NCBI GenBank assembly: GCA_022450585.1
Contig: JAKUPR010000004.1
Location: forward strand, 29,257 to 93,256
Origin: Anaerolineales bacterium
GTDB lineage: Bacteria > Chloroflexota > Anaerolineae > Anaerolineales > UBA11657
Length of the DNA stretch: 64,000 nt
Direction of reading: 5' to 3'
Part shown: positions 37,681 through 46,361 of the stretch, piece by piece
Layout: every line of letters starts with the position of its first letter
How positions within the stretch are numbered: position 1 is the stretch's first letter
The notes under the pieces: generated by a model
Told to the model about the DNA's origin: nothing
Databases searched by the model: none
The model's input: the letters and a program-made list of their open reading frames with translations, nothing else
Translations under genes and position numbers: made by a program

Positions 37681-39006
37681 TTGGAAAACATAGCCGTCAT
37701 TGGCGCCGGATACGTGGGGCTAGTCACTAGTGCATGTTTCGCAGATTTGGGCAACCGAGTATGCTGCCTAGATATCGACACGGAACGCATAATGAATCTA
37801 AAAAAAGGCGTGCTACCCATCTATGAGCCAGGCCTTGCAGAGATGGTGAATCGCCATCTTCAAGCCAAACGGTTACGCTTCACAACAGAGTATGAGGATG
37901 CCCTTAAAGATAGTGAATTCGCATTCATAGCAGTGGGTACTCCAGAAGGAGTAGACGGAGAAGCTGATCTACAATACGTGCGACAGGCAGCTACCTCAAT
38001 AGCCAAAACAATGAAAGTTCCACTGGTAATTGTCAACAAATCCACCGTACCTGTAGGAACCGGAGATTGGGTAGCAGACATCGTACGTAATAATCAGGTT
38101 GATTCCATCGACTTTTCTGTCGTATCTTGCCCAGAATTCTTACGGGAGGGCAATGCACTACAAGATTTCATGAACCCGCACCGCACCGTCCTAGGATCTC
38201 TTGATCCTGAAGCCGCTGACCGAGTCGCTCAGCTTCACCTACCACTGCGCGCACCAATTATGGTAACGGATTTGCGCACTGCCGAGATGATCAAATACGC
38301 GTCGAACGCGTTTCTAGCCACTAGAATATCCTTTATCAACGAAATTGCTAACATCTGCGAAGATCTTGGCGCAGATGTTAAGGAGGTAGCCATAGGCATG
38401 GGCTACGATCCACGAATCGGACCCGCATTCCTAGACGCCGGAATTGGATACGGGGGCAGCTGCTTCCCAAAAGATGTAAAAGCTCTCGCGCACATGGCAT
38501 CGGTACAGGGAAAACATCCACAGTTGTTACAAAGTGTGATGGATATCAACACAGATGCTAGGTTAAAAGTATTGGACAGATTACAGGAAACCCTAGGGAG
38601 TGATTTGACTGGAAAAACTATAGGGCTACTAGGACTGGCTTTCAAGCCCAACACTGACGACATGCGTGATGCACCCTCTATGCACATAGCCTCTACTCTT
38701 ATGCAAGCCGGTGCAAAGGTGCACGCTTACGACCCTGCGGCAATGACCGGAGCCCAAAGGCTGATGCCTGAAATCCACTATTTTGAAGACTCCTACACAC
38801 TAGCGTCTGGCTGCGATGCCCTGGTAGTAGTGACCGAATGGAACGAATTTAAACAGCTGGACCTGAGCCGACTTCTAGATGCAATGAGTGGAACCGTGCT
38901 CATCGACGGACGCAACATCTATTCCGCAGTTGAGATGCGAGAATATGGATTTATTTATCGCGGAATCGGTCGTGGATACGACGCTGGTGACGAGACGGAC
39001 AAATAA
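37681..39006 (+). CDS. ugd: UDP-glucose 6-dehydrogenase
   Basis: 441 aa with a TTG start. [20 protein letters not shown] catalytic Cys and [15 protein letters not shown]. Confidence 0.92.
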   Translation: MENIAVIGAGYVGLVTSACFADLGNRVCCLDIDTERIMNLKKGVLPIYEPGLAEMVNRHLQAKRLRFTTEYEDALKDSEFAFIAVGTPEGVDGEADLQYVRQAATSIAKTMKVPLVIVNKSTVPVGTGDWVADIVRNNQVDSIDFSVVSCPEFLREGNALQDFMNPHRTVLGSLDPEAADRVAQLHLPLRAPIMVTDLRTAEMIKYASNAFLATRISFINEIANICEDLGADVKEVAIGMGYDPRIGPAFLDAGIGYGGSCFPKDVKALAHMASVQGKHPQLLQSVMDINTDARLKVLDRLQETLGSDLTGKTIGLLGLAFKPNTDDMRDAPSMHIASTLMQAGAKVHAYDPAAMTGAQRLMPEIHYFEDSYTLASGCDALVVVTEWNEFKQLDLSRLLDAMSGTVLIDGRNIYSAVEMREYGFIYRGIGRGYDAGDETDK

Positions 39007-40286
39007 TGTCACAAAACCATGTAACCAAGACGCGACTGCGAAATGGACTAACAGTGATCTTAAAGACTGTCCATACAGTACCAATTGTAAGCTTCTGGGT
39101 ATGGTATCGCGTGGGCTCACGCCACGAACACACAGGGCGCACAGGCAGTTCTCACTGGGTAGAACACATGCAGTTTAAGGGCACGGAGGCTTTCCCTGCT
39201 GACAGCGTAGAGCGGGCAGTTTCACGGGTGGGGGGTGTGTGGAATGCCATGACTTGGGTAGATTGGACCGCATACTTCGAGACCATGCCAGCAGATCAAA
39301 TAGATTTGGCACTGCAATTGGAAGCTGACCGAATGACCAACAGCCGTTTCACGGAAAAAGATGTGGAATCTGAACGCACTGTCATCATTTCCGAAAGACA
39401 GGGAAGCGAAAACCAACCCACTTTCCTGCTATCTGAGGAGGTACAAGCAGCAGCGTTTCGAGTACATCCTTACCACCACGAAGTTCTTGGAGATCAGGTC
39501 GACATTGAAACGATGACCCGCGATGACCTGTACGAGCACTACCGCGCGCAGTACTCTCCCGGCAACGCCATTGTAGTAGCCGTTGGTGACTTCAAAACAA
39601 CACCGATGCTAAAACGCATTCGCACCCTTTTTGGTACCATACCTAAGAGCAAGATTAAACCATCACTAATAAGACCAGAACCTAAACAGCGCGGTGAACG
39701 CCGAATTGAAATCAACGGGGAAGGTCAAACGGCGTATCTACAAGCTGCCTACCATGCGCCCGCAGCCACTGACCCAGATTTCTTCCCCATGATTGTGCTC
39801 GACAGCATTCTCGCAGGTGCCAGCGCTTTTAATCTTTTTGGCGGCGGCATCAGCAACAAAACAAGTCGCCTTTACCGCGCCCTCGTCCTAACTGAACTAG
39901 CAGCTGGATTCAGTGGCAGTCTTGCCGCCACGGTTGACCCATATCTTTACAGCATCACCTGCGCAGCGCGTCCAGAAAGCACACTAGAAAACCTAGAGGC
40001 CGCATTGGACCAAGAAATGGACCGAGCCATGACAACAACACCAACACCACAGGAAATGGAAAAAGCGAAAAAACAGGCACGTGCAATGTTCGCTTATAGC
40101 GCTGAGAGCGTCTCAAACTTGGGGTTTTGGTATGGATTTGCCGAAATCCTAGATCAATATACCTGGTTCACAAATTACTTGAACCGACTGAACGCAGTTA
40201 CCGCCACGGATGTACAACGAGTAGCACAAAATGTACTCGCGAACTCCAACAGGACAGTGGGCCACTACAACCCCAGGGCCCACTAA
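39006..40286 (+). CDS. M16 (pitrilysin/insulinase) family zinc peptidase, catalytic subunit
   Basis: 426 aa. The inverted zinc motif HxxEH is present (SSHWVEHMQFKG). Confidence 0.85.
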   Translation: MSQNHVTKTRLRNGLTVILKTVHTVPIVSFWVWYRVGSRHEHTGRTGSSHWVEHMQFKGTEAFPADSVERAVSRVGGVWNAMTWVDWTAYFETMPADQIDLALQLEADRMTNSRFTEKDVESERTVIISERQGSENQPTFLLSEEVQAAAFRVHPYHHEVLGDQVDIETMTRDDLYEHYRAQYSPGNAIVVAVGDFKTTPMLKRIRTLFGTIPKSKIKPSLIRPEPKQRGERRIEINGEGQTAYLQAAYHAPAATDPDFFPMIVLDSILAGASAFNLFGGGISNKTSRLYRALVLTELAAGFSGSLAATVDPYLYSITCAARPESTLENLEAALDQEMDRAMTTTPTPQEMEKAKKQARAMFAYSAESVSNLGFWYGFAEILDQYTWFTNYLNRLNAVTATDVQRVAQNVLANSNRTVGHYNPRAH

Positions 40287-40304
40287 GGACTTAAGCGCAC
40301 TTCG

Positions 40305-41570
40305 ATGCCCCAGCTGCTGGGACCACACGACGTCACCCGACGCATCTTGCCAAACGGTATCACCGTTATAGTACGCGAGAATATGAACAGTCCCTCAGTG
40401 ATTGTAGATGCCAGCATGCAAATTGGATCTATATACGAGAATCGTTCACAAGCAGGTTTAGCAAACTTTACCGCATCCATGCTAATGCAAGGCACCGACA
40501 ACTCCACCTTCAAACAGATACACGAACGTATCGAATCTGTTGGAGCCAGACTCGATAGCGCCTGCGGCGTGCACACTGGGGGTTTCAGCGGGAAGGCACT
40601 TGCCGAAGACCTTGATTTGCTACTCGCAACGGCGGCTGATACTGTACGCAATCCCACTTTCCCCGCAGACCACGTCGAACGCATCCGCGGAGAAATCCTT
40701 ACAGGCCTTGCCATGCGCGCTCACAACACACGCGCGATGGCTTCGCTGACTTTCTATGAAACATTGTTTGGAAGGGAACATCCTTATGGTTACAGCAATG
40801 ATGGTTACCCAGACACCATTGTAAATCTCAGGCGCAAAGACATGCAACAATTCCATGGTAAACACTACGGACCACAAGAAATGGTTATTGTAATCGTCGG
40901 TAGTGTTTCCACGCGGACTGCCATCAGACTGGTTGACAAACACTTCGGCGACTGGAGTAACAAGAAACAACCCGCTCGCCCGCCCATACCCACCGCAATA
41001 CCAATGAGCGCTAGTCAAAGCCGGGCAGTACACATACCGGGTAAGACCCAAACCGACATAGTACTAGGTTTTTTCGGCCCACGGCGTAGCGACCCTGATT
41101 TCCAAGCAGTTAGTGTAGCCAACAACATCCTTGGTGTCTTCGGTATGTACGGACGGCTTGGAAAAAGAGTACGCAAGAAACAGGGTCTAGCATATTATTC
41201 GTTTAGTCGCGCTAATGGCAGTTTCGGTCCTGGAACTTGGAGGTTAATTGCCGGAGTAAATCCAGAAAAGGTAGATACTGCAGTTGCCGCTATGCTCGCC
41301 GAAATCAAACGCCTAGCAACCCGACTGGTTACGCCCACGGAACTGGCAGATAGCAAATCATTTATCCTAGGGCTTCTTCCATTGCAACTCGAGACCAACG
41401 AGGGAGTAGCAGGGACATTGACAACGATAGAATTACACGAGCTCGGACTCGATTACCTCCAGCGCCTTCCGGACCAGATCAACGCCCTCACTCGAGCAGA
41501 TATTCGCAGTGCAGCCGCCCGCTTACTGGATAGCAACAAATATGTCTTAGCCACGGCCGGACCAAAGTAA
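40305..41570 (+). CDS. M16 family peptidase-like protein, probably the non-catalytic partner
   Basis: 421 aa with the same fold pattern, but the position equivalent to HxxEH reads GLANFTASMLMQG, so there are no zinc ligands. Confidence 0.8.
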   Translation: MPQLLGPHDVTRRILPNGITVIVRENMNSPSVIVDASMQIGSIYENRSQAGLANFTASMLMQGTDNSTFKQIHERIESVGARLDSACGVHTGGFSGKALAEDLDLLLATAADTVRNPTFPADHVERIRGEILTGLAMRAHNTRAMASLTFYETLFGREHPYGYSNDGYPDTIVNLRRKDMQQFHGKHYGPQEMVIVIVGSVSTRTAIRLVDKHFGDWSNKKQPARPPIPTAIPMSASQSRAVHIPGKTQTDIVLGFFGPRRSDPDFQAVSVANNILGVFGMYGRLGKRVRKKQGLAYYSFSRANGSFGPGTWRLIAGVNPEKVDTAVAAMLAEIKRLATRLVTPTELADSKSFILGLLPLQLETNEGVAGTLTTIELHELGLDYLQRLPDQINALTRADIRSAAARLLDSNKYVLATAGPK

Positions 41571-41571
41571 T

Positions 41572-41931
41572 ATGTTGCGCACCGGCATTGACATCATCGA
41601 AATACATCGCGTAGATCAAGTAATCATAAATCGCGGCGAACGTTTTCTCAAGCGAGTCTATACCAAGAAAGAACTGTCTGATGCCAATGGGCGGACACCG
41701 TCGCTAGCCGCACGTCTGGCAGCCAAGGAGGCAGTATCCAAGGCACTCGGTTGTGGCATAGGAACAGTCAGCTGGCATGACATCGAAATTAGCCGCGACA
41801 AGAATCGGATGCCAGTACTTCGATTGCATGGCGAAGCATTAGCATTGGCCACAAAACTAGGGCTAACCGAGTGGACACTGAGTCTAAGCCACACCCATGA
41901 TCACGCCGCAGCCGTGGTAGTAGCAATTTGA
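41572..41931 (+). CDS. acpS: Holo-[acyl-carrier-protein] synthase
   Basis: 119 aa. GIDIIEIHRV, KEAVSKALG and LSLSHT motifs. Confidence 0.9.
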   Translation: MLRTGIDIIEIHRVDQVIINRGERFLKRVYTKKELSDANGRTPSLAARLAAKEAVSKALGCGIGTVSWHDIEISRDKNRMPVLRLHGEALALATKLGLTEWTLSLSHTHDHAAAVVVAI

Positions 41932-41957
41932 ACCAGTAACCCAGTACTATTAAAGCG

Positions 41958-41987
41958 TTGACTGACAAATAACCCGCATGGTAGAAT
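41958..41987 (+). promoter_or_regulatory. Sigma-70 promoter (extended -10) of the tRNA cluster
   Basis: TTGACT (41958-41963), an 18-nt spacer, then TGgTAGAAT (TAGAAT at 41982-41987), about 40 nt upstream of tRNA-Ser. Confidence 0.65.
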
Positions 41988-42026
41988 CAACTAGCCCAAG
42001 AGAGGTTATCCACCGTAATCAATCGT

Positions 42027-42116
<90 letters not shown>

Positions 42117-42128
42117 TAATTGTCACCC

Positions 42129-42220
42129 GGGGAGGTGCCGGAGTGGACGAACGGGGCCGCCTGCTAAGTGGTTGTCGGGGTAAAACTCGACCGAGGGTTC
42201 GAATCCCTCCCTCCCCGCCA
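42129..42220 (+). tRNA. tRNA-Ser (anticodon GCU), CCA encoded
   Basis: Acceptor GGGGAGG/CCTCCCC, anticodon loop CTGCTAA, a long variable arm, T-loop GGTTCGAATCC, then G-CCA. Confidence 0.93.
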
Positions 42221-42255
42221 AATCCCCTATAATGTCTGCCATAACTGGCAAACTT

Positions 42256-42331
42256 GCCCTCGTAGCTCAGCGGATAGAGCACCTGGTTGCGGACTAGGGG
42301 GTCGCAGGTTCAAGTCCTGCCGAGGGCGCCA
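42256..42331 (+). tRNA. tRNA-Arg (anticodon GCG), CCA encoded
   Basis: A 76-nt cloverleaf: acceptor GCCCTCG/CGAGGGC, D-arm GCTC-AGCGGATA-GAGC (A20 present), anticodon stem CCTGG/CTAGG with loop TTGCGGA, T-arm GCAGG-TTCAAGT-CCTGC, then G-CCA. Confidence 0.92.
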
Positions 42332-42332
42332 T

Positions 42333-42374
42333 AAACCCTCTGTGCAAGCAAGTCACAGAGGGTTTGTTCTTTTT
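42333..42374 (+). terminator. Intrinsic terminator after the tRNA cluster (possibly bidirectional)
   Basis: A perfect 12-bp stem AAACCCTCTGTG (42333-42344) / CACAGAGGGTTT (42354-42365) with a 9-nt loop, followed by GTTCTTTTT. It lies between the tRNA-Arg end and the convergent acylase stop. Confidence 0.8.
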
Positions 42375-42444
42375 AAAAAGACATGGATAGCCACTACCCA
42401 CACCTACTACAATTTTCAGCCAACTGATCCCATGAATAAGATTT

Positions 42445-44811
42445 TTAGTCAGGCTTTAATACTAGTACATCACCATCAACATTCTCGCGCCCGAAAGTCA
42501 TCTGCAAATACTCCACTCTTTGGTGCCCGTCAATTAGATCATCGTAATGCTCGCTGAATAAATTACCCGACTGTCCGGTAGTATGCATAAACAAACTATT
42601 ATTCCAATCGTTCAAATCTACAATCTGTCTATAGCTAGGCACAGCTGTCTGTTTGTACGGTTCTGAGAAACTATAAGGCCCAACGTTAACCGTGTACGGA
42701 CCACCACCATTACCAATCTTGCGCTGAAAAATCGTGCGTAACCCCACCACCTCACTAAAGGGATTATGTGCGTAGATGGTCTGATGCACCTTGCCCCATT
42801 GCCAGTTGCCCATGCTCTTACCTAGCATTTCCTCTAACGTATCCAAAGCCTCACCAAGGGCCTGACTAGTAGCATCAACACAGGTCTCCATAGGCATCGT
42901 CAGTACATTGTCACACCACCTATTAGCACTTTCACTAAGTACAACCGACAAAAAGGAAGCATGTCGACGTTCAACAAAATGCTCGTAAACCGAGCCTCGC
43001 AAATCATCCTCGAAAACGACTAGCCCCAACTGTTGGAACCAAGCAGTGTATATAGTCGGTGCTACACTCTCAGCATCCATCTCACCGTCCCATTTACGCA
43101 GAAACTCAAGTGCCATCATCTCACGATCATCCTTCGGATCGACCGCCAATAAATATGGCATCAACTCCTGCACTTGACGACTCACTTGATCACCCTGAAT
43201 TTGAACCATATCCGCGCGTGATAGCTTGAGACCCCTAGCAGTCCTTTGCTCTATTAACTCCAGAACTCGTTCTGCACGATATGGTGGCGCCCAGCTGCTA
43301 GAAATAAAATATGGGTAATCATCTTGCACAACTTTGTTGTTCGCAGTAACAATGAAACCCTCGTCTGGATTGAACGCATGTGGCAATTCCTCAAAAGGAA
43401 TCCAACCTTTCCACTCATAATCGCTGCTCCATCCCGGCACCGGCGCCGTTCCATTGCCCTTCGATCGAACAGGGATGCGACCGGGTCCGTAATATCCAAT
43501 GTTGCCCTCCCGATCCCCGTAGACTATGTTCTGGCTAGGAGCAACATATGACGATAGTGCATCCGTGAACTCATCCCAATTAGAAGCATAGAGCATATTG
43601 AAGAAGGCCACAGCTGTAGTATCCCCTTCATCTAGGGCTGTCCAACGAAGTGCTAGAGGAGAGGTAACCTTTCCAGCGACATCGCTTATAAGTGGCCCAT
43701 GACGAGTACTACGCGCAGCATATTGAAGTATTTCTTCTTCACCCTTAACCAAAATTTCCTCCCCAACGATGGTCATATCTACCCACTCACCATCCACTTC
43801 ATACTGGTTCGGATTTTGTGGATTGATACGCTCAATAAACAAATCTTGCACATCTGGACCCATATTGGTCAGTCCCCAAGCGATATTATCGTTGTGACCA
43901 ATGGGAACAATTGGTAGTCCTGGAAAAGTAGTGCCGGTCACATGTAACTCTTCCCCCTGCAACTCAACCAAATACCAAATAGAAGGAATACTAGCTCCCA
44001 GATGCGGATCATTAGCTAACAGGGGTTGTCCACTTTCTGTATGACGGCCAGCAATAACCCAACTATTACTGCCCATGTCGAGTCCACCCAACTGCAGATT
44101 GTCCTTAAGGAAAGAATCCAAGGTCAGCAATGAATAAGCATTGTCGGAAGCCAAAATGGTGGTTGCCCCAGACGGGTACCCGGGCATGAGTTCCTCAGTG
44201 CGCTCCTGTCCTACAGCTGGTAGCAGCAACGCACGCAATAACTCATCATCCCAGTTACCGCCCAAGTCCCACATCATCATCTTTGACCACACCATGGAAT
44301 CATATACAGTCCATGGCTCTGGCGTGACACCCAATATCAAAAATTCAACCGGCAGCGTGTGCCCCTCTTCAATCCACCCATTAACTCCGGCAACATACGC
44401 TTCTATAGCCAGTTTCGTCTCCGTATCTAGTGCCCGCCAAGCACTTACCCCAGCACGATAAGTACCTAATGTGCGGAGGAATTTGTCCACATCCAGAGTG
44501 ACATCACCCATTATCTCGCTCAAACGTCCCGCACCAATGCGCCGCTGTAATTCCATCTGCCAAAGTCGATCCTGAGCATGTACATATCCGAGAGCGAAGA
44601 ACGCATCATTGTCTGTAGATGCAAAAATATGCGGCACACCATTCTTGTCACGCACAATCTCTACCTGACCATCCAAGCCTGCAACCGAGACAGTGCCGAT
44701 AGTCTTAGGCAAGCTGGCAAGCAAGTAAAACCACCCTACCGTAACCATTAGTACCAGAAGCACTAATACAATGATCACAATTTTCATTCTGAATCTTGGT
44801 AATTCAGGCAT
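42445..44811 (-). CDS. Penicillin/AHL acylase family Ntn-hydrolase, N-terminally membrane-anchored
   Basis: 788 aa. An N-terminal TM helix (IVIIVLVLLVLMV) and the autoprocessing/nucleophile site context LDMGSNSWVIAG typical of penicillin G acylase-type enzymes. Confidence 0.85.
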   Translation of the reverse strand: MPELPRFRMKIVIIVLVLLVLMVTVGWFYLLASLPKTIGTVSVAGLDGQVEIVRDKNGVPHIFASTDNDAFFALGYVHAQDRLWQMELQRRIGAGRLSEIMGDVTLDVDKFLRTLGTYRAGVSAWRALDTETKLAIEAYVAGVNGWIEEGHTLPVEFLILGVTPEPWTVYDSMVWSKMMMWDLGGNWDDELLRALLLPAVGQERTEELMPGYPSGATTILASDNAYSLLTLDSFLKDNLQLGGLDMGSNSWVIAGRHTESGQPLLANDPHLGASIPSIWYLVELQGEELHVTGTTFPGLPIVPIGHNDNIAWGLTNMGPDVQDLFIERINPQNPNQYEVDGEWVDMTIVGEEILVKGEEEILQYAARSTRHGPLISDVAGKVTSPLALRWTALDEGDTTAVAFFNMLYASNWDEFTDALSSYVAPSQNIVYGDREGNIGYYGPGRIPVRSKGNGTAPVPGWSSDYEWKGWIPFEELPHAFNPDEGFIVTANNKVVQDDYPYFISSSWAPPYRAERVLELIEQRTARGLKLSRADMVQIQGDQVSRQVQELMPYLLAVDPKDDREMMALEFLRKWDGEMDAESVAPTIYTAWFQQLGLVVFEDDLRGSVYEHFVERRHASFLSVVLSESANRWCDNVLTMPMETCVDATSQALGEALDTLEEMLGKSMGNWQWGKVHQTIYAHNPFSEVVGLRTIFQRKIGNGGGPYTVNVGPYSFSEPYKQTAVPSYRQIVDLNDWNNSLFMHTTGQSGNLFSEHYDDLIDGHQRVEYLQMTFGRENVDGDVLVLKPD

Positions 44812-44897
44812 CGGAGTGCTCCAAAGAAACGCTAGTCCTTATTGAGAGTATACGAGCCACAATTTTCACCGTCAAGTTACCGCACGTATACAATTAC

Positions 44898-44925
44898 TTG
44901 ACAACCAGCATCAATTTGAGATAAT
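44898..44925 (+). promoter_or_regulatory. Sigma-70 promoter of pheST
   Basis: TTGACA (44898-44903), a 16-nt spacer, then TGaGATAAT (GATAAT at 44920-44925). Confidence 0.65.
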
Positions 44926-44931
44926 CCTCAC

Positions 44932-45262
44932 AAGCGGATAGCTTGGAATCACATAGGCAGATGCACAGATACAGATGGTCGCAAACTTAAAGCCTAGTAC
45001 TGAAGAATCTGGTGTACATTCACTCTCGAACCGCATGGGGATAATATGTTTAGGCTACAGCCTGAATTGCCCCTGAATTTCCATTAATGTCACGCCAATA
45101 TCCACAGGTTACCGTGGATATTGGGCCATATTGGCCCAATAAAGCAAGTCTCAGCATGACAGATCAATTTAATGGGTACCAAGGAATCAGTGTGCCTGAT
45201 TCCTTATTTGGGGCGGGATTGATTTTTTAGGACCGACACCACCGCAACTATCGGAGATAACG
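44932..45262 (+). promoter_or_regulatory. Structured pheST 5' leader (attenuator-like; T-box assignment unproven)
   Basis: About 330 nt between promoter and ATG with no credible ORF. There is an 11-bp hairpin (45095-45105/45114-45124) and an 8-bp hairpin (45121-45128/45132-45139) that shares 4 nt with it, so the two are mutually exclusive. A perfect 10-bp hairpin AAGGAATCAG/CTGATTCCTT (45181-45205) is preceded by AATGGGTACC, a partial resemblance to the T-box GGGTGGTACC core, and a T6 run lies at 45223-45228. Confidence 0.5.
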
Positions 45263-46285
45263 ATGCTTGAATCCCTTCAGAAAAACGCAGAGAAGGCCCT
45301 CTCGGAACTGCAGAACGTCACGGACACGACGAGTCTGAAAGAGTGGCGCTCGCAAAATCTCGGCAAGGAAAGTGTGATTATGCAGACCTTGGGTAACCTA
45401 GGTGGCCTTCCTACTTCAGAGCGTCCTGTAATTGGCCGTCAAGCCAACAATATCCGTCAAAATCTGGAAACAGCATTTCAGAAGCGCATTGATCAACTGC
45501 GGGACTCCGCTTCCGAAACATTACCGACTGCTTCTCTAGACGTCACCCTGCCAGGTAGGCCTGTCCAACACGGACGACTGCACATAGTCACTCAAACTAT
45601 GCGGCGCATCTATGCAATCTGGGCAGACATGGGATTTCAAATATACCGCTCTCCTGATGTAGAGACTGATGAATACAATTTTGAATTACTGAACATTCCA
45701 AAGCATCATCCTGCGCGCGACATGTGGGACACATTTCACACCGATACTCCAGGAATAATCCTCCGAACGCATACATCGCCGGGACAAATTCACGCCATGC
45801 GTGAGTACTGCCCGAACCCAATTCGAGTAATTTTACCGGGAATGTGCTATCGCTACGAGCAAATCACAGCCCGCTCCGAAATTCAGTTCAACCAAGTTGA
45901 AGGACTCGCGATTGGCCAGAATATCCGCTTCACCGATTTAAAGGGTACATTGAGCGATTTTGCCCGACGCATGTTTAGTGCGAACACAGCTACTCGCTTT
46001 CGCGCGTCTCATTTCCCTTTCACAGAGCCAAGTGCAGAAATGGATGTTGAGTGCTTCCTCTGCTCAGGCGGGGGATGCTCAGTTTGCAAACACACCGGTT
46101 GGCTGGAGATTTTGGGATGCGGAATGGTGCATCCAACGGTACTAGAGAATGGTGGTTACAACCCTCGTGAATTTACCGGCTTTGCCTTCGGAATGGGTCC
46201 GGAACGGATAACCATGCTCAAATACGGCATCAAGGACATCCGCTACTTTTGGGGAAATGATTTGCGCTTCCTAGAACAATTTTAG
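45263..46285 (+). CDS. pheS: Phenylalanine--tRNA ligase alpha subunit
   Basis: 340 aa. HPARDMWDTF, RTHTSPGQ and FPFTEPS motifs. Confidence 0.97.
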   Translation: MLESLQKNAEKALSELQNVTDTTSLKEWRSQNLGKESVIMQTLGNLGGLPTSERPVIGRQANNIRQNLETAFQKRIDQLRDSASETLPTASLDVTLPGRPVQHGRLHIVTQTMRRIYAIWADMGFQIYRSPDVETDEYNFELLNIPKHHPARDMWDTFHTDTPGIILRTHTSPGQIHAMREYCPNPIRVILPGMCYRYEQITARSEIQFNQVEGLAIGQNIRFTDLKGTLSDFARRMFSANTATRFRASHFPFTEPSAEMDVECFLCSGGGCSVCKHTGWLEILGCGMVHPTVLENGGYNPREFTGFAFGMGPERITMLKYGIKDIRYFWGNDLRFLEQF

Positions 46286-46361
46286 TCAGAGGACTGACTA
46301 TGAGTTCACTCCATAGAAACACTCACCTTAAATCAAAAGCCATTACAAGAGCCATCAAGCC

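Noticed and set aside
42220-44811. tRNA-adjacent genomic island or mobile element
   Set aside because: I noticed no integrase, transposase, inverted repeats or duplicated tRNA 3' end. The flanking genes are ordinary chromosomal genes.
45156-45230. 24-codon ORF (MTDQFNGYQGISVPDSLFGAGLIF) in the pheST leader as a Phe-rich leader peptide
   Set aside because: It has no Shine-Dalgarno sequence and only 3 Phe codons in 24. It also spans the terminator-like hairpin instead of preceding it, which does not fit classical attenuation geometry.
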